A DNA stretch of 64,000 nucleotides from an uncultured delta proteobacterium (GCA_963840855.1 CAWJBB010000085.1:64001-128000); one strand, 5' to 3'; numbered from the stretch's first letter, positions 42,955 through 53,199 are shown. A program made the numbers and translations. The notes: a model not told the origin generated them from the letters alone.

Positions 42955-43710
42955 ATGATGCTTGATCAAGTCAGAAACCTTTCCCACCAGATGCGCCTGT
43001 TTGGCATCCATGAAGCCTGCGAACGGCAAGCCCAGATCGCTTTGTCCCAGCAGCTCCATCCCCTGGAGTTTTTACGCTTGCTGCTCGAAGATGAACTGTT
43101 GTCGCGCAAAGACCGAACCGCCAAGGCGCTGGTGACCAAGGCCCGCTTTCGGTTCCGCGCCGATCTGGAAGACTTAGATTTAGCGTTCCACAAGGATCTG
43201 ACCAAAGCCAAGATCAAAGAACTCTGCGAGCTCGGCTTCCTCCATAACCTGGAGAATCTTTTGATTTTAGGTAAAACCGGTTTGGGAAAGACTCATCTAG
43301 CGATAGCCTTGGGAAAACGGCTGTGCCAGGAAGGTCATCCCACGCAATTCTTGCCAGTCAACTTCCTGTTCGAGGAAATCCAAGCTGCCAGGGCCGCCGG
43401 CCGTTACCTCAACTACATCCGTAGTCTCATCAAGGCCAAGGTTTTGATCCTCGATGACCTGGGGTTAAGAAACTATACCCACGAGGAAGCCACTTCCCTG
43501 ATGGACATCCTCGAAGAGCGCTACCGCAAGGCTCCCCTCATCGTTACTTCCCAGGTTGAGCCTCAGGGATGGCTCAAACTGTTTGAAGATCCGGTGATCG
43601 CCGAGGCCATCGTGGATCGGCTGATTCATCCATCTCAGAAAATCACCTTGAAAGGAGAGAAGTCCTATAGAGAAAAACTCACAGAGAAAAAATCAGGATT
43701 GAAAAACTAG
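42955..43710 (+). CDS. istB: IS21 helper ATPase
   Basis: Walker A GKTGLGKT, LILDDLG, AIVDRL. Confidence 0.95.
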   Translation: MMLDQVRNLSHQMRLFGIHEACERQAQIALSQQLHPLEFLRLLLEDELLSRKDRTAKALVTKARFRFRADLEDLDLAFHKDLTKAKIKELCELGFLHNLENLLILGKTGLGKTHLAIALGKRLCQEGHPTQFLPVNFLFEEIQAARAAGRYLNYIRSLIKAKVLILDDLGLRNYTHEEATSLMDILEERYRKAPLIVTSQVEPQGWLKLFEDPVIAEAIVDRLIHPSQKITLKGEKSYREKLTEKKSGLKN

Positions 43711-44802
43711 GGAGGCTTATTGTAGACAGTCAAGATAACTTCGTCGCTTCGCTCCGCTGAATTGGGTGGTCCCCTTCGTTGAAATCGGGTGGGTCCCTTC
43801 AGTGAAATCGAACAGAAAGTCCCTCGGATAGGGTATTTATCGCCAAATGATCCTATTAGCGACTCCTCGCGCTCCGAGCCGATTCGGCTGGCTCTGCGCC
43901 AGTTGGGCTATATAGAAGGACAGAACATCGCCTTTGAGTACCGATATGCGGAAGGGAAAGTCGATCGCTTCCCTGAGCTTGCAGCGGAGCTGGTTCGTCT
44001 CAAGGTTAATGTCATCGTGGTGGGAGGAGGGACCAGGATGGTCCGAGCGGCCAAGAATGCGACCAAGACGATTCCCATCGTTATGGTGGGCGCTGGGGTC
44101 GATCCAGTCGAGGCAGGCTTCGTTGAAAGCCTTGCCCGTCCCGGCGGCAACGTCACCGGCCTTACAACCCTTTCCAGAGAGCTAGGCGGTAAGCGGCTCG
44201 AGCTGCTCAAAGAAGCCGTTCCCAAAGTGGCCCGTGTCGCGGTTCTCTACGACGCGACCAGTCCGGGCATTGCACTCGACATGAAAGAGGTTCTCCAAGT
44301 CGCGGCGCGTGCGCTGGGGTTGACTCTTCAGCCTTGGGAGGTACGCCGTGCAGACGATTTCGAGAAGGTATTCGCTGCGCTGAGTAAGGAGCGCCCGGAT
44401 GGACTCTATATGGCCGCGGGCCGGCTAATGAGTGAAAATCAAAAACGGATCGTCGGCTTTGCGTTAAAGAACCGGTTACCGTCGACGTACCCGTACGTAG
44501 AAGCTGTAGATGTCGGTGGGCTCATGTACTACGGAGCGGACATCGCGGACAGCTACCGGCGCGTCGCATATTATGTAGACAAAATTCTGAAGGGAGCCAA
44601 GCCCGCCGACCTGCCGGTGGAGCAGCCGACGAAGTTTGAGCTGGTGATCAATCTCAAAACCGCCAAGCAGATTGGCCTCACGATTTCGCCGAATCTGCTC
44701 GCGAGGGCGGATCGGGTGATTCGGTGAAAACAGGTAAAAGCACTGGACATCAATTCGTCGACGGGTCCCCGGATTCGCTCAGACGTTAACCCTTGACCCT
44801 CA

Positions 44803-44868
44803 GATTGAACTGAATTCGCCATCTAACAAATCCTCTGAGATTTGACCGTTGCGTCGTTCAGTTCAATC
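44803..44868 (+). repeat. 66-bp four-arm element, full copy
   Basis: GATTGAACTGAA-TTCGCC-ATCTAACAAATC-CTCTGA-GATTTGACCGTT-GCGTCG-TTCAGTTCAATC. Confidence 0.92.
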
Positions 44869-44978
44869 CTGAGCCGAAATTAGCCCTTTCCCCCTCGACA
44901 AATCCGGTTTCCCTTCTGCCGTAAATAATCGTTTCCGCAATTACCGCCTGCGTGATAGCATCCGTAACGAGGTGCGCA

Positions 44979-45161
44979 ATGAAGAAAGCTGCGCTGCCAT
45001 CAATCCTTATTGCAGTGGTGTTACTTGCTCTTGGAGTGATAGCCGAAGCGCAGCAGACCGGGAAAGTCCCGCGGATTGGTTATTTAACGGGTGCCACGCC
45101 TGACGGGCAATCGGCCCGCATCGAAGCATTCCGGCAGGGCCTGCGCGAGCTTGGGTATATA
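44979..45161 (+). pseudogene. 5' fragment of a COG2984 substrate-binding protein
   Basis: MKKAALPSIL...VPRIGYL...GLRELGYI followed by unrelated sequence. Confidence 0.85.
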
Positions 45162-45506
45162 ATACGGCAAGTACCGTCTTGGCCGATGGTGACGATGCCC
45201 GGCGGTTTGCGGCAATGTCTCGGGAGCGGATCAAACCATAACGGCGGTGGACTGCCGGGCCGATACTTCCGGCGCGTCGGTGAATCCCATTCTTACGGGC
45301 GGCGCTTCCAATTCGATATTGTCTTCGGCTCTCAGTTGCGGCAATGGCACATGGGCGGCGGGAACGGTGAGCGGCACGCCGACGATAAGAACTTTTAGCG
45401 CCAATGGGGCCACTTGTTCCGTCACGCCCTGCACCGTCGATGCGGCGATTGCAACAGCAGGAGGCTCGGCCAGATATGCGATTATCCGGTTTACGATTTC
45501 GGGGCA

Positions 45507-46604
45507 ATGAAGATGAAAACTTATTTACTTGCGATCCTGTTGTTTCTTTTTTCTATTTCTCCGGCAAAAGCAACTGTCTTATCCGATGCCGCCGCGGCGC
45601 TCGCCGTCGGCTCCTGGGCCGAGATTAGCCTGACAACCGGGTGCAAGGCGGCGCTGTTACAGCCCGGCACGGACGGCAATATCATCTCCTATGCCGCACA
45701 GTTTGTTTGGGACTCGGTTCGCAAGCGCGGCTACTTTGTCGGCAACGATCATATAGATAGCGTGATGACTCAGGACCAGAGATTTGTCTATTACGACGAG
45801 GCGACAAACTGTTGGGATAATCTTCCTGCCGGTTGGTCCAATCCCGGGGTTACTGATCACGCCTATTACCATAATGCCATCGACACTTCCGAGGGATACT
45901 TCTATCGCCGCCAGGGCAAAGACACTCAGGTCATTGCCCGCTTCGACATCGACGGCCACACATGGTTATCGGACCTGCCTAATAATAGCCAACTCTCGTT
46001 CACGCAATGTTGCGGCGGCTTGAGCTATTTTCGCGAGGCGGGGGGGTTGTTCTGGATTCAGGGCGATGGCGGCCCCGGTGGCGCTGGCGCGTGCGGCGGG
46101 ACGAACTGTGGGCGCCTAACGTACTTCAGCGAATCGACAAACGGGTGGATTACGGTGCAGTCCAATATCCCGATGGCGGCGCAGCCGGTGTTTATGGCGT
46201 ATAGCGGCGTCCACCGGATTCTCGTCTTTGGCGATAATGCTGGACATTTCTGGAAAATGGATCAGAACCGCACATTGACTCAACTCGCAAGCCCGCTCTC
46301 CTCTAGCGTCGATTTTTACGACGGTACGGGCGCTATGGGGGTGATGGTTGACGATCCCGTCAGCGGGGATTTTTTGTGGCTCGATGCTTCGGATCGAGTT
46401 TTCCGAAAATACAATGTGCTTACCGACACTTGGAGCACTCAGTCCTCTACGGGCAAGCCGACGCTCACGAACTTAACCATCATGGCGGCGCCGATCACCA
46501 ATCACGGCGTTATCATGTACGTCTACTGCGCGATCACTAACTGCCACGTCTATTTGTACAAACACGGTACAATTCCGTTTTGTAAAGGCAAGAAATGCAG
46601 ATGA
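45507..46604 (+). CDS. Secreted hypothetical protein, possible beta-propeller
   Basis: Signal peptide [15 protein letters not shown]; recurring [32 protein letters not shown] blade-like motifs. Confidence 0.6.
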   Translation: MKMKTYLLAILLFLFSISPAKATVLSDAAAALAVGSWAEISLTTGCKAALLQPGTDGNIISYAAQFVWDSVRKRGYFVGNDHIDSVMTQDQRFVYYDEATNCWDNLPAGWSNPGVTDHAYYHNAIDTSEGYFYRRQGKDTQVIARFDIDGHTWLSDLPNNSQLSFTQCCGGLSYFREAGGLFWIQGDGGPGGAGACGGTNCGRLTYFSESTNGWITVQSNIPMAAQPVFMAYSGVHRILVFGDNAGHFWKMDQNRTLTQLASPLSSSVDFYDGTGAMGVMVDDPVSGDFLWLDASDRVFRKYNVLTDTWSTQSSTGKPTLTNLTIMAAPITNHGVIMYVYCAITNCHVYLYKHGTIPFCKGKKCR

Positions 46605-46933
46605 CCGACGGGGCGATCGACTGGCTCTGCGTGCCCTCCTTCGACTCGCCGAGCGTCTTCAGCAGCCTGCTCGACCGGGAAGCCGGGTTCTTCCGCTTCG
46701 CGCCGTTCGGGATGCCCTTGCAGGGTCACCCATTAGCAGGCAGGTCAAGAAGCACAGACGTTTCGATAGGAATTCTTCTTGTTCCCTTTTTTCAACTTGC
46801 CCCCATGCGATCGGGCGTATTTAACACCGCCTCCTACAAGTTGGATGGTAAGACGCTGACGATCACGCAGGAACTCAACCAGACCGGGCCGGTAGCGAAT
46901 CCGACAACGTGGAAGCTGACGCGAATCGAATGA
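46601..46933 (+). pseudogene. Chimeric remnant: GH15/trehalase N-terminal piece joined to an unrelated C-terminal piece
   Basis: [23 protein letters not shown] resembles the GH15 N-terminus; ends with [19 protein letters not shown]. Confidence 0.55.
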
Positions 46934-47046
46934 TGTATGCGAGATCTTGACGGCGAACAAGCTCAGGCTGTTTGTTGATCCGAAGCGGGCATACGCATAA
47001 CACGAGACTCATGCGATGTTTCGTCTTGACGGTCTATCGTTGGATT

Positions 47047-47121
47047 AGAGCCGGCGGCGGTCAGGTATGTTGGCAACGTCCGGCCACAGAACCGCCGCGG
47101 CTCAATCGCATTTTGTTAACT
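47047..47121 (+). other. Partial attC-like site
   Basis: GAGCCGGCGGCGGT...ACCGCCGCGGCTC hairpin with one extrahelical base, ending GTTAACT. Confidence 0.5.
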
Positions 47122-47125
47122 CTGC

Positions 47126-47155
47126 GATTGAACTGAATTCTCCATCTATGTGATC
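47126..47155 (+). repeat. 66-bp element, left half only
   Basis: GATTGAACTGAA-TTCTCC-ATCTATGTGATC. Confidence 0.85.
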
Positions 47156-47263
47156 CAGCCTGTACACCAAGGGATATAACTGAGTCCGAGCTTCCGTCGG
47201 CGTAGAAATCTACGAATTGCGGAATAACGCAACTTTGGTTTAAAAGGGGTCAAGGACGATCTT

Positions 47264-47974
47264 ATGTGCGGCCGTTATACCTATTTTCCTCGTGAATTTT
47301 CCGACCTTCGCCTTACTTGGAATGTCGATGAAGTGTTCGGCTTAAAGCCCCGCTATAACATCGCTCCAACTCAAGAAGCGCCCGTGATCGTTCAAGCCGC
47401 GGGAAAACGAACCCTCGAGCTGTTCCGCTGGGGATTGATCCCATGGTGGGCCAAAGATCCGGCCATCGGAAACAGGATGATCAACGCCCGCGCTGAAACG
47501 CTCGCCGAGAAACCGGCATTCAAGGACCTGTTAGGAAAGCGTCGCTGTCTCGTTCTAGCGGACGGCTTTTACGAGTGGCGCAGGGAGGGAAAGCGGAAAA
47601 TTCCTATGCGTTTTAAGCTCAAGTCTGATGAGCCGTTTGCGTTCGCCGGCCTATGGGATTCGTGGAAGCAACCGGACGGACGCCTTCTGCGCACGTACAC
47701 GATTGTGACGACGGAGCCCAACGATGTGCTGCGCCCGATCCACAATCGGATGCCCGTGATGCTAACCAATGACGATGCGCGAAGATGGCTTGCTGTTGAC
47801 CAGATTAGCCACGCCCTCAGTTTGTTGAAGCCTTACCCCGCGGATGCTATGGAAGGCTACGACGTACCACCGCTCGTGAATGATCCTCGAAACGATTCGC
47901 CGGAATGTGTGGGGCCAGTTGAAGGATTGAACGCCGATGATGGAACGATACAAGGGCTATTGGATTTCCGGTGA
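47264..47974 (+). CDS. SOS response-associated peptidase (SRAP/YedK family)
   Basis: N-terminal MCGRY, RYNIAPTQ, INARAET, GFYEW, IHNRMPV. Confidence 0.95.
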   Translation: MCGRYTYFPREFSDLRLTWNVDEVFGLKPRYNIAPTQEAPVIVQAAGKRTLELFRWGLIPWWAKDPAIGNRMINARAETLAEKPAFKDLLGKRRCLVLADGFYEWRREGKRKIPMRFKLKSDEPFAFAGLWDSWKQPDGRLLRTYTIVTTEPNDVLRPIHNRMPVMLTNDDARRWLAVDQISHALSLLKPYPADAMEGYDVPPLVNDPRNDSPECVGPVEGLNADDGTIQGLLDFR

Positions 47975-48188
47975 CGCTATCCCTGGCCCGCCGTATACTC
48001 GCTATTGGGAAACGCTCGGGACGGTTCTCAAAGACGGCCGCAAGGGCTCGGTTGTCGAAGTCACGCGGCTTCAGGATCCCGGCATCAAGTTCGAATTCGA
48101 CTTGGCGGGATTCGCCGAGATTTACGGGATGGCATTCGCCGAGATCTACGTCGACCATTGTCTGCCGCAAGGGAGCGGCCCCACGTAA
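47940..48188 (+). CDS. Small hypothetical protein
   Basis: MERYKGYWISG...; protein-like composition, overlaps the SRAP end. Confidence 0.5.
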   Translation: MERYKGYWISGDAIPGPPYTRYWETLGTVLKDGRKGSVVEVTRLQDPGIKFEFDLAGFAEIYGMAFAEIYVDHCLPQGSGPT

Positions 48189-48559
48189 TCGCATTTCTGA
48201 TTGTCCCAGCAAAGCCGTGGCGGCTTATTTGGATTACTGGGGTCGTGTTGGCGCTGGTCTTGACCGTTGTTTTGGCGATCGGTTGATGCAGACGTATTGG
48301 AATGGCTTACCAATGTCAAGCGGGGGGTCGCATAAATCCTCCGAACGTTTGAGATTTCAATCACAGAAAACGCAGCCATGTGCCAGGAAGGAGTTGTCTG
48401 GACATTCGCACGAACGCGGCATGAATACTTCGATGAGCGGTTAACTCACGACGCTGACCCGCGTCGGAACGGAATCGTTAGGTGAGACCCGGCTAGGGCG
48501 TGGAACGGACCTGCAGCCGTGAGAAAGAGAAAGTGAGTAAATCAGATTTACCAGGCACG

Positions 48560-49195
48560 CTAGATTTTCGGAATCCGTAACGTTTTGCTGATCATCACGG
48601 TTCCAGACAGAGCGAATAGCAAGACCAGCGGATGGAAGTCCCAGGGGCCTAATGTCCAGATGCCCCAATAAAGGTTCTCATCGAGCCGACCCGCCCAGCC
48701 AGCGTGCGCCAGCACACCGACCAGAAGCACACTTGTAGGTATCGGTGTACCTTCGTAATAGGGAACTTTGTCCTTGCCTTTCGCGAGGGCCTCAGCGGTG
48801 ATGTTATAGCGGGCCAACCGACTCACTCCGCAGCAAACGAAGTAAATAAGCACTATCCAGTCCCAGCCACCACGCAACCCGGCGGCGAATCCAATTGCCG
48901 CGGGCACGACCCCGAATGAGATGATGTCGGCGAGTGAATCCAGCTCGCGCCCAAGCGCCGAGTGAGTATGTCGTTGCCGTGCCACACGCCCATCGAAGAC
49001 ATCGAATATTAACGCCGCCGGCACCAAGGCTGTGGCTACGAAGAAGTGGGTCAGGGACTGGCTGCCCACGTAAGTCATGGCGCAGAAAACGCCCGCCATG
49101 CCGCACGCTGCATTGGCCAGAGTGAAAAAGTCGGCCAAATGAAACTCGCGGATCATCGAGAAGTGTTTGGGATAGTCGGCTGAGGAGCGCATCAT
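48560..49195 (-). CDS. pssA: CDP-diacylglycerol--serine O-phosphatidyltransferase
   Basis: FTLANA, DVFDGRVAR...GRELDSLADIISFG, SRLARYN. Confidence 0.88.
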   Translation of the reverse strand: MMRSSADYPKHFSMIREFHLADFFTLANAACGMAGVFCAMTYVGSQSLTHFFVATALVPAALIFDVFDGRVARQRHTHSALGRELDSLADIISFGVVPAAIGFAAGLRGGWDWIVLIYFVCCGVSRLARYNITAEALAKGKDKVPYYEGTPIPTSVLLVGVLAHAGWAGRLDENLYWGIWTLGPWDFHPLVLLFALSGTVMISKTLRIPKI

Positions 49196-49257
49196 TTCTA
49201 CAGTATAAAACGATGCACGATGAACGAGAAGCGTAGACAGATTTATTTCTTCGCACC

Positions 49258-49385
49258 CTAACTTCGTTCGCCCTTGTCAAACCAAAGGCCGTGACACAAC
49301 CGGCAGATGTCGAGATCCACGCCCTCATAAGTCACCGCTTCGAGTCTGCAGGGACACCTCGGGCACCGAGCCTGCTTGTGACTTT
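49258..49385 (-). pseudogene. zf-TFIIB zinc-ribbon fragment
   Basis: CPRC...DICRLCHGLWFDKGE. Confidence 0.5.
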
Positions 49386-49512
49386 CGACAGCGGAGCCAA
49401 CTGGCGAGTGAGCGACCTCCCGATCGTCTTTACCAGCTTTCATTTCAGCTATTGGCTCGAAAAAGCTCGCCCTCAAAATTTACTTTCTTCTCACAGTCTC
49501 TGTCGAGAACGC

Positions 49513-49620
49513 CGAGGCGGGCTATCACAGTGGCGCCTCCGTGGCGTACACCCAAGAGAAAGGCATCGACGCCTACATTGCCGACCGCAGCCATCGCCAG
49601 CGGGATCCTGCGTTTGATCG
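49513..49620 (+). mobile_element. Short IS1182-like transposase remnant
   Basis: Translates in pieces to AGYHS...EKGIDAYIADRSHRQRDPAF. Confidence 0.4.
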
Positions 49621-49877
49621 GTATAAACTGATGGCGGGAACAAAAGCGGAGTGATCTACGCTCGCAGGAATCTATCCTTGTGAAACTCGCGTGAAGGGCA
49701 TTTGCCGCCCAAAAACGTCATGATTACGAGGTAGCCACAAATTCATGGGCGTGCCTAAGTCGAGGGCGTAGGGAGGAACCGACGGCACTGCGCTCGAAAG
49801 GGTATGGCCCTTCCCCGTCTCCATCATCAAAAATATCACTTGCTTGCCCGCGACCGTCCTGATAGGAACATGGTCCC

Positions 49878-50090
49878 TTGTCAATTCGACTATACAAAGA
49901 CCGCCTTGTAGTTTGGACGGTCCTACACGATAAGCAAACCGACTCCTGGAAGCCTGCAATAACGGTTTCGTGGACGGTTGATCGCAAATACAAATTTCAT
50001 CGATTCAACGGACTGCCTCAAACTTCGCACGCTGCCGCGCTGGCTCTAGGAAAACAGCTGGCCGAGGCCTGGGTGGACAAGGAACAATAG
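49878..50090 (+). CDS. Small hypothetical protein
   Basis: 70 aa ORF ending ALGKQLAEAWVD. Confidence 0.45.
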   Translation: MSIRLYKDRLVVWTVLHDKQTDSWKPAITVSWTVDRKYKFHRFNGLPQTSHAAALALGKQLAEAWVDKEQ

Positions 50091-50294
50091 GGAGGGAATC
50101 GAGAATAACTGACAGGCATTTGCAGAGCGCCACTTAACATCAACACCAGATCAACGTCCATGCATGCATCGCTGACGCATTTACGACGGGGTTTCGCTTG
50201 AAGCGCAGCCGCGCGCGTAGATTGACTTTCGCCTACGATTTGATTTACTACAGAGCGTACTTGAGACGGTCTGACAACGCTAGAGTTTACACCA

Positions 50295-50360
50295 ATGTGC
50301 GGCCGTTACACCTATTTTCCCCGTAAATTTTCCGACCTCCGCCTTACCTGGAAAGTCGAT
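50295..50360 (+). pseudogene. 5' fragment of a second SRAP gene
   Basis: MCGRYTYFPRKFSDLRLTWKVD closely matches 47264-47329, then diverges. Confidence 0.85.
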
Positions 50361-50585
50361 TCAATCTCGATCTTAAGGCCCCCCGTTAATATTGCCGGCT
50401 GTAGCGGGTCAATTGTCGAAGTCGAATCCCTCATACCCAAACCGTTCGAATTAGACGAAGTCGTGAGCATTGTTGGTCTCACCCGGCATGACTCCACAGC
50501 GCTGGGCGGAGGGCTTCGGTTCGGCGCCCTTGCCTTATTGGTCGGTAATAACATGGCGGGGTAACGAAAAGAGGACAATCTACCT

Positions 50586-50891
50586 ATGGCTACCATATGG
50601 TTCTGTAGGGAAGGTGAGATTCAGGTCGGACCACCGATCGCGCAAAGAAGCATTGATTGGTGTGTAAAAAACTTGGGTCTGCAAGCGAGCAACTGGATGG
50701 CTGGTCCAAAACAGACACACTTGGTAATTGGCCAGAAAAGTCCCCTGGGAGCGCTTGGAGAATATCGTTTTGTTGTTGTGGAAATCGACGATGACGACGT
50801 CGACGCCGGTGTGAAGGGTTGGAAAATGGGTTATTACTTGCTGGAAATACAACCGCGCGATGCCAGACGGATTATAAATACAATCCCTTAG
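50586..50891 (+). CDS. Hypothetical protein
   Basis: 101 aa ORF with GAGG upstream. Confidence 0.5.
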   Translation: MATIWFCREGEIQVGPPIAQRSIDWCVKNLGLQASNWMAGPKQTHLVIGQKSPLGALGEYRFVVVEIDDDDVDAGVKGWKMGYYLLEIQPRDARRIINTIP

Positions 50892-50979
50892 CGTCAAGGA
50901 CGAAAGGGGGGCCTACCTTAACCGGCGCCCCTCGCGCTCTCACCTACGAACCACCCGCTTGATTCCGTTCAGCGAGGCA

Positions 50980-51228
50980 TTAAGCAGTTGCCAGCGTGCT
51001 TCCGGCTTTGTCCGTCCATACCCGGGTCCGCCAGCGCGTTTTTAATTGCTCAAATGGCCATTGTTCACGGGCGTGTAGGGCCAAAAACTCAAGCGCCGCT
51101 AAAACTCTGGTCCCGTCGCGCACATCTTCTTCCCGGCAGCGGCTGACGGCCTCTTCGAGCCGCGCAAGGGCTCGTTTGATTCGGCGGCGCTCCACATCTT
51201 TACTGGCCTGGCCATTATCTCGGTTCAT
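50980..51228 (-). CDS. Hypothetical protein, possibly truncated
   Basis: 82 aa helical-looking ORF. Confidence 0.35.
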   Translation of the reverse strand: MNRDNGQASKDVERRRIKRALARLEEAVSRCREEDVRDGTRVLAALEFLALHAREQWPFEQLKTRWRTRVWTDKAGSTLATA

Positions 51229-51311
51229 TGAGACGCCTTTAGTGCACGATAGCCATGAGTACTGAAGATAATTTCAGGTTTCAAGCCTGAGCCTATACCC
51301 ATTTGCTCGGT

Positions 51312-51341
51312 GATTTGTCCGTTGCGTGGTTCAGTTCAATC
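51312..51341 (+). repeat. 66-bp element, right half only
   Basis: GATTTGTCCGTT-GCGTGG-TTCAGTTCAATC. Confidence 0.85.
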
Positions 51342-51400
51342 CTAGCCGATATTCCAGTTCTTGACGCTGTTAGTTCCGAGGGACTAAGGTTAGCGGCACC

Positions 51401-51665
51401 GTGAACTGCCATTATTGCCAGGCCCAGAATTCAGGCGACGCCATATTCTGCGAGAGCTGCGGCTCTCGGCTTGAAGTCGCCTGCCCACATTGCGCGACGG
51501 CAAACCGGGTGAGCGCGAGGTTTTGCAGAAAGTGTGGCCAGCAACTGCTCGAAACGCCCCGGCATCGCTGGCAATCGAAGGAAAGTTCGCTTCCGTCGAA
51601 ACTTACACTCCGAAGCAGCATCTCGCTGAAAAGATTCTCAATTCGAAAAGTACTCTCTTGGATAA
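51401..51665 (+). pseudogene. Double zinc-ribbon N-terminus of an adenylate cyclase/AAA-type protein, truncated
   Basis: CHYC..FCESCG..CPHC..FCRKCG, then YTPKQHLAEKIL in another frame. Confidence 0.7.
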
Positions 51666-51674
51666 CTACGAAAA

Positions 51675-52916
51675 GTGAACTGCAGACCGTTACTAGGTGA
51701 ATTCAACTCGGCGGCGTTATGGGGAGGTTTGACAGCCTTTTTGTGGTACGTCTTTGGCGCGGTGCCGCTATTCATAGCTGTGTCGCAGCAATTAGCTCTT
51801 TCGACTGCACAGACGTCGACATGGCTTTTCATTGCCTATTTTAGCGGTGCTGTTTCAACAATTGTAATTTCGTTCCATTTTCGACAGCCCATTCCTATCG
51901 CGTGGACTATCCCCGGTTTAATCTATCTTGGAACGCTCGCCGACCGTTTTAGCTTTCCGGAAATCGTCGGTGCGAATCTCGTCAGCGGATTGCTGATGCT
52001 TGTAATGGGAATGTTGGGTGTTGGAGGGCGGATAATGAGATGGGTTCCGCTTCCGATCATTATGGGGATGTTTGCTGGTAGCATTCTAGGGTATGTAACG
52101 CGTCTGGTTGCCGCTACGGTCGATGATGTCGCGGTGGCTGGAGCGGCAGTTGGATGCTATTTGCTCGGAAGACTCCTTGATAAGCCCAGTGTACCTCCAG
52201 TGGGTTTAGCAGTTGTCGGGGGCGGCATTGCAGTTGCGCTGGTCGGAACGGCGACAGCTCAGCCTGTAGATTGGACGCTGCCTGTGCTTGCCATGCCTGA
52301 AATGGCTTTTTCGTTTGCAGCTGTCATTGCGGTGAGTTTACCGATGGTTGTCCTTTCGATGGGTCTTGGCAACGTCCAGGGGATCGGGTTCTTATTGGCG
52401 CAGGGCTATGCTGTTCCCGTCAATACGGTTTCAACTGTGGTAGGGATAAACTCGGTTATAAACGCACTGTTGGGTGGCCATCCTGCGACTGTGGCAAGGA
52501 CAAGCGTAGCTATAATTGCATCTCCGGATTCCGGTCCTGTATCTGGTCGATATTGGGCTGCCATCATCTCGGCTTTATTGACGGTCTTTTTGGCTTTCGC
52601 GGCTAGCCCTGTTGCCTCTCTTTTGAAAGTGCTGCCGAAGACCTACATCTTCGCACTTGCCGGCCTTGCCATAGTATCTTCGCTTCAGGATGCTTTGGAG
52701 AAGGCGTTAATGGGCAAGATGCGCTTTGGTGCCTTGGTAGCCTTTGCGGTCGCGACAACACCGTTTGCTATTGCTGGAATCACGTCGGCGTTTTGGGCGA
52801 TCATCGTGGGATTAGTAGCCTCGCTATTGGTAGAGCCAAAACAGATTTTCGAATTCTGGGCCCGAAACGAATCGTCTAATACTCCACTTCAGACCATCAC
52901 TACAAGCGACAGCTAA
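51675..52916 (+). CDS. benE: Benzoate/H+ symporter BenE family
   Basis: QPIPIAWTIPG, GMFAG, N.QG, AFW.II.GL; polytopic membrane protein. Confidence 0.8.
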   Translation: MNCRPLLGEFNSAALWGGLTAFLWYVFGAVPLFIAVSQQLALSTAQTSTWLFIAYFSGAVSTIVISFHFRQPIPIAWTIPGLIYLGTLADRFSFPEIVGANLVSGLLMLVMGMLGVGGRIMRWVPLPIIMGMFAGSILGYVTRLVAATVDDVAVAGAAVGCYLLGRLLDKPSVPPVGLAVVGGGIAVALVGTATAQPVDWTLPVLAMPEMAFSFAAVIAVSLPMVVLSMGLGNVQGIGFLLAQGYAVPVNTVSTVVGINSVINALLGGHPATVARTSVAIIASPDSGPVSGRYWAAIISALLTVFLAFAASPVASLLKVLPKTYIFALAGLAIVSSLQDALEKALMGKMRFGALVAFAVATTPFAIAGITSAFWAIIVGLVASLLVEPKQIFEFWARNESSNTPLQTITTSDS

Positions 52917-53024
52917 GCATGTTAAGTGGTAGAGAACGCCTACTACCGTTGTTCAATGCGCGCCCCAAGCCGTCGACGCTTCGCACCCGGCGAAAGGGCC
53001 GTGAACTTGTCTCGTTGTTTTTGA

Positions 53025-53090
53025 CACTACCTTGATTTCTCCGACGACCTAAACAATCCAGTTCAAGCCGTTGCGTCGTTCAGTTCAATC
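53025..53090 (+). repeat. 66-bp four-arm element with a degenerate first arm
   Basis: cactacctTGAT-TTCTCC-GACGACCTAAAC-AATCCA-GTTCAAGCCGTT-GCGTCG-TTCAGTTCAATC; spacing preserved. Confidence 0.8.
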
Positions 53091-53199
53091 TCACCCTGTA
53101 GGCTCCGTGATTTGTAGGCTTGCCATGCGACGCCCTTTGGTCAGTCTCGGACGCTTTTCCGACACGCTTAGAGCAGCCGTTGGACTTGCTGAGTTACGG

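Larger units (their letters stand above)
41126..43814 (+). mobile_element. IS21-family insertion sequence, 2689 bp, 6-bp target duplication GAAAGT
   Basis: Ends TGACCGATTTCAC / GTGAAATCGAACA; subterminal repeats GAAGGGACCCACC; GAAAGT at 41120-41125 and 43815-43820. Confidence 0.95.
41037..44727 (+). pseudogene. COG2984-type substrate-binding protein interrupted by IS21 (41037-41125 plus 43821-44727)
   Basis: MKKAGVSS...AEAQQTRKV resumes in frame as PRIGYL after removing the IS and one target copy. Confidence 0.9.
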
